From Octopus vulgaris (Eukaryota): a stretch of DNA of 64,000 nucleotides. Shown here one piece after another: positions 1 to 13,231 of the stretch. The DNA lies in assembly GCA_951406725.2 (NCBI GenBank), contig OX597832.1, positions 41,416,001 through 41,480,000 of the forward strand. Direction: 5' to 3'. The position numbers and the translations under genes are program-made. Every line of letters begins with the position of its first letter. Position 1 is the first letter of the stretch. The notes beneath the pieces are model-generated. The model was not told the DNA's origin. It saw nothing but the letters and a program-made list of their open reading frames with translations, and made no database searches.

Positions 1-55
1 GAAAGAACAAGAAGAAGAACAAGAACAACAACAAAAAAGGCTGTAATCTACTCAC

Positions 56-202
56 CAACGAGACAAAAAGATGGAAGAGTACAAAATAGGAAGCAACTAA
101 AATAAGTATGATCACATGGAAGGATTCTACTTTGTCCATGAGGTCATCTACAACTTCAATCCAGCCTTCTTGAGTGAGGATTTGAAACATGGTCACTAGG
201 GC
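56..202 (-). CDS. NALCN: NALCN DII pore-loop/S6 exon, glutamate-filter version (exon-15 equivalent); absent from the ORF track
   Basis: tgccag|[49 protein letters not shown]|gtgagt. 147 nt, phase 0/0, in frame with the previous exon. [10 protein letters not shown] is the NALCN DII filter motif, with Glu codon at 167-169. Confidence 0.93.
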
Positions 203-1714
203 CTGGCAGTGGGAGCGAAATGAAATCAAGTCAGAGAGAAAAAAACAAAACCAAGCCGAAAAAAAATAAAAATAATAATAATAATAACAAAAAAACAGAA
301 ATAAATAAAAATAAAAAAACAAATCAATAAATAAAAAGGAAATAAACGAAAAAATAAAAATAAAATAAGAAATAAAAATGAAATAAAATGAAAAACTTAG
401 AAGAAAGAAAAATACTACAAAACTTAAAAGAAATAATAATCATATATATTTATATATATAATAAAAAAACATAAAAGATTAAATAAATCAAACAACTGCA
501 AGCAAGGAGCAAAATAAAATAAAATAAAATAAAATAAAATGAAATAAAATAAGATATAAAATAGATTATGATGGGATGAAAGAAGTGTACTAGTAAAAGT
601 ACCAAAGAGAAGACTATATGGAGGGTGAGTTTGGTGTTGTCTGAATGGAATGGTCTTTAGGTCAATGAGAAAGAATTAGTAAGATGAAGAGAGGGATGTA
701 AGATGAAGAGCCTAGTCTAAGACCACATTAGTGGTGATGGTCAACAACAGGGAGATGAGTTCGTTAGAAGACACTTGCCCAAGTTACTATGCAACAGGAT
801 TGGTCCCAGAACTGTGTGTTTGCCAACAGAACTGCTAAACCAAATGCCTGTGCCTATATATGTTGCTGACATCATGAGAATTTAGAAAGTTCAAGAGAAT
901 GTGAAATAATTCATTTATTTTATATATTTTTTTTTTTTTGGAAATGATGAGACTTGAAGCGGATAAAGCTATAATAATAGTGAGTAAATATTGGGTTAAA
1001 AAGCACTTTGGATAGAAAAAGTCAAAGGCTGCCTGTGAAACTTGAACCCACATCTCCTATAAACATGACAGATGTTCTACCATTGGACAGATGCAATCCC
1101 ATCCTTTTTTAGGAACTTTGAGAGAATGTAAAACAATGCATGTTTACAGATGTGGGTTTGAGTCCTATGGTTAGCCTTCAACTTTTTCGATCCAAAGGGT
1201 TTTTAACCAATATTTACACACTATTCTTTATAGCATTATCTGCTTCAAGTTTCACCATTCTAGAAAATACAAAAGGAATTTTATATATGCGTGTGTGTGT
1301 GTGTGTGTGAGTTCACATTTGTAATTTCACAATCCTGTATAAACCCCCAGGGCAAATTAAGGGGAAGCAAATAAAAGATATAGAAACATTCCCTTTAGAT
1401 CTGTCAATAACTGGAAAACTGTGGCTTAGTTCCTTCTAAATCTCAAAAGTACAAAATATTAATTTCACAGCTGAAATTCAGTGTAGGCCAAAGAGCAAGA
1501 ACCTGTATGTCTTGAAATTACAAACTACATCATATAAACAGCCCACCTGTTTTGAGGTCGAAGGCAAGTTTGATGGAATTCAGCCACAGATAAACATTCA
1601 TCCATTCTTACTTAAAGTAGATGGATAACCAAAGAATACTATCTACCTGTCTTTCAGTTAATCAATGAATTAATCTATATATTCATCGAAATATATTTGA
1701 TCATTATCTATCAT

Positions 1715-2080
1715 CTTGTGACGCACCTGGACACATAGGGATGTTACCTTGGGTCACTGGGTATTCTGGGTCTTTCAACAATCGGACAGCTTCATGGGAT
1801 GACCCAGCTAGGGTTGATCAGGTTTCGGCTTCTGTCCAGTTAGCCCTACCCCACCAGAGCTCACACCTCTTGATCCACAATCACCTTGAAGCAATCTTGG
1901 CAACCACTGTGAGACAAATTGATGGCCTTCTGCCTTCTGGCTCCTATGATACCCAGCATTGTCAGAGGCTCTGCAGAGGGACTGGCCAGAGTATCCCACT
2001 TCTATGGAATCACACCTTGCATGCCAGTCTTTGTTCCAACATAAATAAACCTGTTCAGCATATTTTAACCTCTTCCTCTC
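1715..2080 (-). mobile_element. HERO-like non-LTR retrotransposon 3' end (restriction-like endonuclease C-terminus plus 3'UTR), degenerate
   Basis: ERKRLKYAE...WHARCDSIEVG..GQSLCRA, then frameshifted ...ASR*LWIKR, resembles the RKxxKY...W...P(I/V)EVG...ASRWLW motif of HERO-clade REL domains. Confidence 0.7.
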
Positions 2081-3291
2081 ACTTATATTGTATATAATGA
2101 TAGAAATACAACACCTTAATATATAAAAAGATGGGCAATTATGATCTAAAGAGGCAGAACTAAAATGTAGAAAAAAATAAAAGAATGTATATGAACTACA
2201 ACAAAACAAAAAATAACAAAATAGCAAGCATATATAATAGGGTTTAGGGGTGAAGTGAAGGAACATTCAACCAAATTGTATAAACTGTAAAAATCTTAGG
2301 ATCCTAAGTAATAGATTTACATTTCCTATAAACCAATCCATAGATGTTTCATGTTTGTAAAAAACATAATATAAGCATAGCTACTTGCAAGTTAGCATGA
2401 CTTGGCAGCTTGTTGCACACCGTCACTAATTGTATTCATTTACAGCAAAGTAGACTGGAGAAATATAAAATGAAAGTGTTTGCTCAAGGGACACTAGTTC
2501 AAGAATTGAACCCATGACATTATGATTGGGAGTTCAACACTAACCAGTAGGCCACATACCTTCTTAATATAATAATCAAAACATAAAGGTTTTAATTTTT
2601 GGCACAAGGCTATCAATTATTGGGGAGAAGGCAATTGATTACGTCTGGACGTTATCAAAGAAGCTTGAGAGGCGGTTGGATGGAACCTACACTCGCCTCC
2701 TTATGAGAGCTCAAAATCTCTCGTGGAAGCGTCATACAACCAAAGTACAAATATATGGGAAATTACCACCTGTATCATCTCTTGTGAAAGGTAGAAGAGT
2801 CCAGTTTGCTGGACATTATTGTAGAGCTGAAAACGAGGTAATCTCTACTCTTCTCCTTGTGAGCAAAATACCCTAACCACTAAACCATGCACCACTAGTA
2901 GATGCACGAAGCCTGAAATTTGAAGGAGTGGGGCAAGTCAATAACATCAACCCTAGTACTTCACTGATATCATATTTTATAGCAACCAAAAGGATAAAAA
3001 GCAAAGTTGATCACAGCAGGATTTAAACTCAGAATGTAAAGAGCCATAACTACATACCACAAGGCATTTTGTCTAATGCTCTAATAATTCTCTCTGTGAT
3101 AATAGCAACTATGACAATTTCCAAAATAAACATAAAACTAGGCATTTGGGATAAAGAATTTGACTGAAATTTTATCTACCTGGATAGATATTTTATCAAC
3201 CTTGGCAGGATTTGAACCCTGAGTATAAAAAAAAAAGATAGCTAAATATCACAAGGCATTTGGTTCAATATTTAATCACTTCTGTTCATCC

Positions 3292-3322
<31 letters not shown>

Positions 3323-3544
3323 GATTTCTGACTTAGGCACAAAGCCAGCAATTTTGAGGGGAGGAAGTAAGTTGATACTATTGACCCTCCAATATTCAAT
3401 TGGTACTTTATTGTATCGATCATGGAGAGGTGAAAAGTGAAGTTGATCTCAGCAGGATTTAAACTCACTCTTTAAAGAGCCAGAACAAATACCGAAAAGC
3501 ATTTTTTTTTCAAATGTTCTAATGTTCTTGACAACCCACAGATC

Positions 3545-3586
<42 letters not shown>

Positions 3587-6216
3587 TGATGATGATGATG
3601 ATGATGATTACCCAAGTTGTTAAAAATTTTGTTTGAATAACCATGTCTACCAAACAAAATTCAGATAAAAATCAAAGATTACTTAAAGATTTTACAGTTT
3701 TCTTATATATTTGATTAAATGTTCCATCAGAGTAAAATGCACCAGAAATACTCAGATGAAAGAAAAAAAACCTTGGGTTTCAGGTTTTTGTATTTTTCTG
3801 GAATAATTTAAAAATAAAAAGTTCAGTTACTACATCACTCTCTGAGATTTTGTGGTGTATTTTGGTAAGTGCTAATTCTAGCAAAAGACTCACTAATAAC
3901 AATAAGCAGTTAACAACGAAGAAAATAAAGAATTCTCGGAAATTCCTCAGGCACAAGAACAAGTTGCTCAAAGCCAAAAAGATTTAGTCAATCTACATTC
4001 AGCTCACACTAATCTAGACATACAACCCATAAGAAATACAAACAACAGCAACAAAATAAAAGGGTAGATTAAGGATATTACATAATCTTTGAATCTTAAA
4101 GAGCAATTTCTGAAAGAAATCCTTTAAAGATGATAAATGAAACAAAAAAAAAAAACATAAAAAAAAAGTATTTTCAATTCAAGCAAACATTAAAAAAAAC
4201 AAAATAAAATTTAAGCATATAAAATAAATATTACAAGTATTTTTATCAGGAAAAAAAAAATCCAAGGTTTGATCATTTTTATGTTTTTTCACCTTTGCTT
4301 TGTTTTGGAAGTTTAATTTTCTAAAAATAGAAAAAAAATTCTAAAAAAAAAACAAGCAATTATATAACCACAAGTTCACATATATACTAATCCATTTTTA
4401 AAATGCTCTGGCTACTATTTTCAGCAAGCCAAGTGAATGTGTAGAAGTTGCCCTCATTATCTCAAAAAAAGCCACATGTTTTGATAGGATGTCAAATCAA
4501 AATTGTGTGATATCCATACTTTTATCACATGTATCAGTGACATAAGTGAAGTGAAATGTCTACAACCAGGATCGGGTGTGTAGCCTATACATTTATATTA
4601 CCTGTCATACAAGGCAAATATTGATGTACAACAGAAAAAAAGTCTTTAGAAGGAAAGACAATCTTGCACCAGTTAAACTGAAATAGAATAATTTTAATAT
4701 ATATAGATATAGCGCCAATGATATAGTGCTGGTGCCATAATAAAATGTACTCAGTACATTTTGTAAAATGGTTGGCATTAGGAAAGGCATCCAACCATAG
4801 AAAGTATGCCAGTAATGAAACATGACCAAAATGTAATCTCTCAACTATGTATGAGGGCAGTAATTCCAAATAAGAACTGAATTGTACCATGACAGGCTGT
4901 CCAAACTATGCCAGTATGGAAAGTGGATATCAAATAAATATGAGGATGATGATGATATGCAACATATACTGAACATGAATTACACATATGTATACAATTA
5001 AAATTGTGTTAATGGATCAGTTAAGGATTTGAAATCATAAATTAAGGGGTGACAAGAACATCAGAAATAATGTGGTTCTATTAATGGTGTAATTAAGCTA
5101 AGCTATGGAAACATCTTGCTTGTGCAAGTGCAGTTAGTCAAAAACTCTGCATACTGGACACCAGCAGGTTTCAGGGGTTGTCAGGAGAGAATGTGCACCA
5201 TTTCAGGGCCTTCTTCCCGATGGCTTTACAGCACACTGATATGAGGCCCTACCTACTGGACTGGCAGATGTATTTGATCTTAGGTCCATTTCAGGATCAT
5301 GAAAGCAAATCTCATCTTTCTTATACATTCTTTCTCAAATGGTGTGGGGAGTGATGGAAGAGCAGAAAATATGTGAAACTTCACAACAATACATTATGAA
5401 TTGAGTATGAAGTTCATGCACAGATATAACGAAATATATATATATATATGCATACATAGTGATATAATGATATTCTCTTCTATCTTCTAGATAGAAAAGA
5501 ATATCATTATCATTATAAACGACTTTCAATTTACAACTGATATCTGAAGACTGAAAATAGAAGATATTAAATTTACATTATAAAATTAAAACTGTATCAA
5601 CATACAAAAAGCAAAAACAAAAAAATTCAAATATTTATAACAGCAACTTGGTAAGTGTGTACTATTTGCAAAAATACAACACATGTAATACAAAATATAT
5701 GCGTGTGTGCATGTGTGTGTGTGTTTAATCACAGTGTAGGTTGCAACTTTTGACAAAATTCACATTAAACTCCCTCTACTACGTGACCTGGTAGGGCTCT
5801 ATGTGACTAGCACAGGGCTATTAAATAATATGAAGAACACATATAGTATGAGAAAAAAACCTGAAGTTCATATTTCTTTTTATTTCGTAATTTTGTATCT
5901 GTTAAAATAGTTTCATCAGAAGAGATGTTTGATATGACCAAATGTACTTTATAAATTGCATTTACAATTTGTCACCATTCTTTCATTTTGATAATTGGTT
6001 ACAGATACATTCATAAGATATAAAATAAAAGAAATACGAAACTCATGCTTCATTTTTTTTTATCCCATGAAAATATCATTATCACTATAAACAAGTTCCA
6101 ATTTACATTTGATATCTGAAGACTGAAAATGGAAGGTATTATATTTACATTATAAAATTAAAACTGTACCAACATACAAAAAAAAATTCAAATATTTATA
6201 ACAGCAAGTTGGTGTG

Positions 6217-6258
<42 letters not shown>

Positions 6259-6383
6259 ACATCACAATCAAGGAACGGCCATAATAGGCCATTCACCCAC
6301 TAGAAATAACAGCCAAAGCTTCAACCGCAAAATAACATTAATTCCGCAAATTCAACAAAATTTTTTTTGCCACCCTATATTGA

Positions 6384-6444
<61 letters not shown>

Positions 6445-7488
6445 GAGAGAGAGAGAGAGAGAGGATTATATATATATCAACATTACAATATATAACACAT
6501 GCACACAAATATATTTATAATATAATAATGGATTATTTCATGTAATATTTAAGAGAATTTTGAATAAGAACTGCTAGTCGACTCATCAGGAAAAGTATCA
6601 AAATGAAAATACTATTATTTGTTGGTAAAAACATATTGCAATGGAAGTCTTAGCAGAAACTGAAAAAAAAGTGAAGTAAATGAGTTTGGAAATTGACAAG
6701 ATTTTGAAAAGAAAATTAACTGAAAAGTACAGATTCCTGAAAACACAATAAAGGATATTGAGATATTATATCAAACAATGAGTTACTTTATGAAAATTAA
6801 CAATAAAAATAACATTGGTTCATATTATAAACTGACTTGATACAACAAATATAAATTTAATTTAAAAGTGACAATGAATATTTTAAGTAAATATCAAATT
6901 CTAGAGATTATATTAATAGTAGTAATTTCTTTCTTAGGTGTGGAGTCCCAGGCAAGCAGGGTTAAGAGTGTTTTGCCTTGAGACAAAGCACAGCGCTTGC
7001 ATTGGGGTACAAACAATACTGGACTAGGGCTCAGTCTCTTATTCCCTCCACCACTGTCTGCTATGAACTTACAAGTTCATGAGATTGAACCATATCAGGA
7101 TTTTCAAGACATTTAAGCTGAGAGTACAACAGTTCCTCTTGAACAGGATGCCAGTCCATTGCAGTGTTAACTCCAGGAGTCAGTGGTACTCTTTTCCAGT
7201 TGAGTGTGCTGGAGTGGTATGAAATGAAGTGTCTTGCACAAGGACACAACCTGCCCAGTCTGAGAACTGAACCCACAAGGGATCCTGAGTCCAACATCCC
7301 AAACCACGGGGCCAGGTATCTTCACTCGGCCACTCCACTCATAAATATTATTAATAAAAATACTAACAAATAGATTACTTTTAAAATTAGAAATTGATAA
7401 TTAAGCTTATATAAAGTTATCTTTAATTGAAATAATTTGAATTTTAAATGAATTAATGATTTCCTACTTAAAATAGAATAAAAAATTA

Positions 7489-7731
<243 letters not shown>

Positions 7732-8825
7732 TTAAAATTTACAAATCAAAAATAAATAAATAAATAAATAAAAATTTCAAAAACTTTATAGTAAAATTGT
7801 AATAGACCCTCGGTTTGTAGTGAAAAGATTCTCTATGAAATTGCTATGTACCAATATTGAGGAGGACTTTAAATTTGATATTAACAAAGAATAAAAAATA
7901 GAATAAAACTGAATGGAATAAATGTATGAAGATCACATGATATAACATACTTTGTCCTTTGAAACTGAAATTATCTTCACAAATGAGAAAAATATGACTC
8001 CTGACATGACCACTCCTCACTCACTTATAATAGAAAGGCATAACCAACGAACAAAAGCATTCCAGCCATGATCATCTCATCTTTTATTCACAGTATATCT
8101 AAGACTATATTTCCAATACGACCTTTTTTTTAAGATGACAGTGTGTGTGATTTCAGGGAAATTCAGCCTACTTCTGGCAGGCCAAGCAACCAGGTTGCCT
8201 CACCATGTAGGACTACACAGTGTACACGACACCTGATGACATGTAAACTGGTGATGGGAAGTGTCATAGAGATAGGTAAACTAAAACTGGTTTCTTAGGC
8301 AGCAAACTGACCAAAGTCAATAGAAAGTTAGAAAGCCTTGCAGTACTTGTTCTGACTCTCTGCACTCTGATTTCAAACTCCACCGAGGTCAACTTAACCA
8401 TTCATCCTTTTTGGGGGGGGTCAACAAAAAAAAGTACCAATTCAGGGTGACATACTGGTGAAACTGTTAGAGGGTTGTAGCATCTCTTCTGACTCTTTAC
8501 CTGTGATAACACAGATACCAGGCTGTACCAGCCCCACTTTCCTTTGAGTAAACATCAGTTGCATGGAGAGGAGAGGAGAGATTTGCATGCATGGGCAACT
8601 GGCAGTTGTCGTCGTCGTCTTCTTCAAAAATCTCACTGAGGCCCGCATGGACATGTGTTGGTGTACCCACCAAGGATAAAGGACTGGTAAAACTGTTAGA
8701 GAGTTGGGCATAATGCCTTGTTGCATCTGTTCTGGCTCTTTGTGTTCAGACAGTAATGCCTGTGATTATACTGGTACCAAGCTATACTGGTTCAAGTTCA
8801 CAGCCTTTAACTTAGATAAACATAG

Positions 8826-9212
8826 GTAGCAGGAGTGGCTGTGTGGTAAGTAGCTTGCTAACCAGCCACATGGTTCCGGGTTCAGTCCCACTGCGTGGCA
8901 TCTTGGGCAAGTGTCTTCTGCTATAGCCCCGGCCAACCAATACCTTGTGAGTGGATTTGGTAGACGGAAACTGAAAGAAGCCCGTCGTATATATATATAT
9001 ATATATACGTGTGTATGTGCGTGTTTGTGTGTCTGTGTTTGTCTCCCTAGCATTGCTTGACAACCGATGCTGGTGTGTTTACGTCCATGTCACTTAGCGG
9101 TTTGGCAAAAGAGACCGATAGAATAAGTCTCGGGGTCGATATGCTCGACTAAAGGCGGTGCTCCAGCATGGCCGCAGTCAAATGACTGAAACAAGTAATA
9201 GAGTAAAGAGAG
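8826..9212 (+). mobile_element. tRNA-derived SINE family A with internal (TA)/(TG) microsatellite; copies at about 14137-14520, 15450-15835, 45062-45345 (-), 46948-47370, 49845-50295 (-), 55642-56036 (-), 56240-56370
   Basis: A-box TGGCTGTGTGGTAAG and B-box GGTTCAGTCCC head, a conserved body ending ...GCAGTCAAATGACTGAAACAAGTAAAAGAG, and many near-identical copies. Confidence 0.88.
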
Positions 9213-9378
9213 CATGGAGAGAAAGGAAAGTCTTGCATGTGTCGGTGACTGTTGGTCTTCCTCAAAAGCTTTTGATCAGGCCTGCACATACAAGTGCAGA
9301 TGCATGATCAACATTAACTGATGGAGGCCCCACATACAACTGATTCCTAACAGGAATAACAGCAAAATATATACAAAC

Positions 9379-9438
9379 CTTCCAACAGAAGTCTTCAAGA
9401 ACTGGAGATGCTTTTATGAGACGAACAACTCGAAGAAC
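9379..9438 (-). CDS. NALCN: NALCN coding exon 10 (DII S4)
   Basis: ttttccaaag|VLRVVRLIKASPVLEDFCWK|gtttgt. 60 nt. Matches NALCN VLRVVRLIKISPALEDF. Confidence 0.94.
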
Positions 9439-9559
9439 CTTTGGAAAACAAAATAATTTAGAGTTATTACAAGCAAAAAAACAATACATCTGAAGGCTGT
9501 CATGTAATTCTTTTGGAACCCCTATCTTGCTCAGAACATTGACCTCCTGGAATCTGTTC

Positions 9560-9995
9560 AGAGACGTGCAACCAAACGCATACCCTCCATCAGACACCTA
9601 CCATACTCTGAGCGCCTTGTTTCCCTGGGCATGGATTCACTGAAGCTCCGGTATCTGGCGACGGACTTGGTAAACACCCACAAAGTTATCAACCACCTCA
9701 CCAACAACAACACTGAACACCTTTTTGATCTCCATGTGTCCAACACATGTGGGCATACCTACAAAGTCAGAAAACAACACAGCTCCCATGACTTTCGGAA
9801 ACATTTTTTCACACTCAGAGTTGCTGAAGCATGGAATAAACTGCCTGCGTCAGTTGTTGACTGCCATGACACTGCATCCTTTAAGGCCCTCATGCTTTCC
9901 GAAATCCGTCGAAACTACACCTGATTATACATACACTTTAGATGAGTTGTAGTGCACCTGAGCACTGTACACAATGTTTTTATTATTATTATTAT
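9560..9995 (+). mobile_element. CR1/L2-group LINE 3' end with (TTA)n tail; related copies at 48137-48405 (+), 50460-50785 (+), 42750-43000 (-) and a tail at about 54620-54730
   Basis: RRATKRIPSIRHLPYSERL...GHTYKVRKQH...RKHFFTLRVAEAWNKLP is the CR1-type RT C-terminus. The copies are near-identical. Confidence 0.88.
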
Positions 9996-11780
9996 GATAC
10001 CAATCCTGTTGAGACTGCTCTTGACTCCATAATGAAAAAGTATCTGTCAAGAAATATTCATAATTATATTTCAACTTTCTCTCATAATTTTGTTAAGCTA
10101 CTTTCCTATTCTATGAAGGCACAATGGCCAAGTGGATAGGGTGTTACATTCACAATCATAAGGTCGTGGTTTCAATTCCTGGACCAAGTGGCATGATGTG
10201 TTCTTGAGCAAAACACTTCATTTCACATTGCTCCACTTCACTCAGCTGTGAGTAATCCTGCAATGGCCTGGCATCTTTTTCATGGGGAACATTGCCATGG
10301 AAACTGGGTAATTGGTTCTATGAATCCTGGGACATAAGAAAGTACTTACTGTCCCGTATTACAGCATTGAAGAATATGCAGTTTCTTCCTCTGCTCTATA
10401 TATAAAAAAAAGTTTGGAAAACCATGCAGAGGCATGGACACTGTCTTTGCTCCCTTAGTTAAACCCCTAAAAGTTAGGGAAGAAGGAACAACACCCATAA
10501 CATTTGCAAGCCACATTCCTAGTGAAGAGAATGCAGCTGACATGTACCTTGAACATTGGTTAACCAATTTATGTAGTAAAAACATAGGATTCAAGGATTT
10601 TATGAGGTGTGCTAGATCTACCTGCTCTCCAATTGCTGCAAATCTAAATTTAGTACCCATCATATTTAATTGTCATACAAAACCCCTATTTCTGAATCAG
10701 ATGCAGGCATGGCTGTGTGGTTAAAAGGTTTTGCTTTGAACCACATGGTTTCAGGTTCAGTCTTCTGATATAGCCCTGAGCTGATCAAATGGATTCGGTA
10801 GAAGGAAGCTGATAGAAGGAAACTGACAGAAGGAAACTGATAGAAGCCCATTGTATATTTGAGTGAGTGTGTGGTGGTGGGGTATAAATGTATGTGCCTC
10901 CTTGACTCTAAATAGGGTCCTAATTGTAAATAAAAACACTTCATACAAGCAGTATTGTTCGTTTGTAATCTTTCATGGAAACATGTCTAGTCATTGTGCT
11001 GCTCATATTTAAAGGGCTAGGGCAGGAGTCCTCAGCCATTTTTTATCTATGGTTCCCTTCAATTACTATTTTATTTTGTTGGACCTCCATAGCCATTCAG
11101 TGTCTAAAAACTAGTTTCATAGAAACTTCTGACAAAATTCATCATCATCATCATCGTTTAACGGAAGTTTTCCGTGCTAGCACGGGTTGGACGGTTCGAC
11201 CGGGATCTGGGAAGCTAGGAGGCTGCACCAGGCTCCAGTTTGATCTGGCAGTGTTTCTACAGCTGGATGCCCTTCTTAACACCAACCACTCCGTGAGTGT
11301 AGTGGGTGCTTTTTATGTGCCACCGGCACAGGTGTCGGGGGAGTCTGGCAGCGGCCACGATCGGTTGGTGCTTTTTACATGCCACCGGCACAGAAGCCAG
11401 TCAAGGCGGCGCTGGCATCCACACATTGACTTGTATAGGTTGAACTATATGTAAAATGTTAGAGAAAGAAACCTAGCTGTTTCTTGCAATACATACTTCT
11501 AAAGCAAAATTCTTTAAAATACTATTGTGGATCCTCAAATTTACTATTTAGTTGTGTGGGCCCCCAAAATCTTATATGGACCCTCAGGAGCCATATGGAC
11601 CTTAGTTGGGAACCACACTACTAATCTAAGGGAAATATTACTTTGCTTAGAAACAGGTGAGGATTGGTAGTATGAAGAGCATTTTCCATTTTTCTTTTTT
11701 CATAAACTAGAACTCATAAGTTACGTTTATATATTTGTTGTGCAAGATTTTTTTTATGTGAAATCGTGTGTTGAAACAGA

Positions 11781-12104
11781 TATTGTTGTATATAGGAATG
11801 GTCATTTTGCCAGTTTAGCCAATAAAAACACACGCACTATATATTTGGTGTTACTTTGCTTCAGTGTTATTTATTTTTTACATTAATCTTAATCTTATTT
11901 CGGACAGAGTTCTTTCAAATAAGAAAGAAGAAAACAAAGGACCACTGATGCGGTCACAGGAGTGTGACGAAAGAACTCTGGCCGAAATAAGATTAAGATT
12001 AATGTAAAAAATAAATAACACTGAAACAAAGTAACACCAAATATATAGTGCGTGTGTTTTTATTGGCTAAATTGGCAAAATGACCATTCCGAAATATAAC
12101 AATA
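11781..12104. repeat. Long inverted repeat (~135-bp arms, ~50-bp spacer) with a hammerhead-like core
   Basis: 11781-11916 is the near-perfect reverse complement of 11969-12104. Confidence 0.9.
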
Positions 12105-12322
12105 GGGCTCATAAGGCCAGGACTTAATCTGGCTTCCAGAGCAATGTAAGTGACTGAGATTATAAGAGTCTCCCTTGAATGGGTTGCCAATCTGTCACAT
12201 GAAAAGCCTTTGGCCCTAGAAAAGCCTGCCTCAACAAATTTCATCTGACCCATGCAAGCATGGAAAAGTGGACATAAATAGGATAACGATAATAATGATG
12301 ACCACATACAGATAGTGTTTCA

Positions 12323-12595
<273 letters not shown>

Positions 12596-13231
12596 TCAAC
12601 AAGGAGCATTAGAATAGAAAGACATTATTAAATACAAAACATCGAAATAAGAGTAACATTATATATATATACATACACTACATATACACAAATACATACA
12701 CTACATACACACACACTTGAAAACTTTCAATGTACTATAAAGGTTCATAAAGTCAGCACTTAATTCTATATTCTGTAGTGTTAAATAGAAGAGAGATATA
12801 TTTTCTTCTGGATAAAATACCGATCTATTTTACATAACATTTCTAAAGATGTGATACTGATTTCCTGTAATTAGGTGAATTGAAGGCATGTAGAATTAAG
12901 TGTCCTGCATAGAAACAGAGAGCTGGCAGAAACGTTAGCATGCCGGCGAAATGCTTAGCGGTATTTCGTCTGCCGCTACGTTCTGAGTTCAAATTCCACT
13001 GAGGTTGACTTCGCCTTTCATCCAGTTGTAAGATAAAGCCTCAGTAATAAGTCTTCATCCAACACATGCAGGCAAAAATGGATGTAAGACCAATGAACAA
13101 ATAAATTTAGGTAAAGTGTCTTGACTGTTGTTGTTTAACCCTAGGCTAGCTCAGTGCTGATCTAGTAAACTTATAATCAAAGACATCTTAATCATAACCG
13201 TCTTGTATCAAAAATAACCAAATATTTATAC

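Noticed and set aside
6535-6592. Hammerhead core CTGATGA on the minus strand (and CTGAAGA-CT-GAAA at about 5544 and 6115)
   Set aside because: No stem II closes onto GAAA and there is no stem I/III pairing, so these are probably chance matches.
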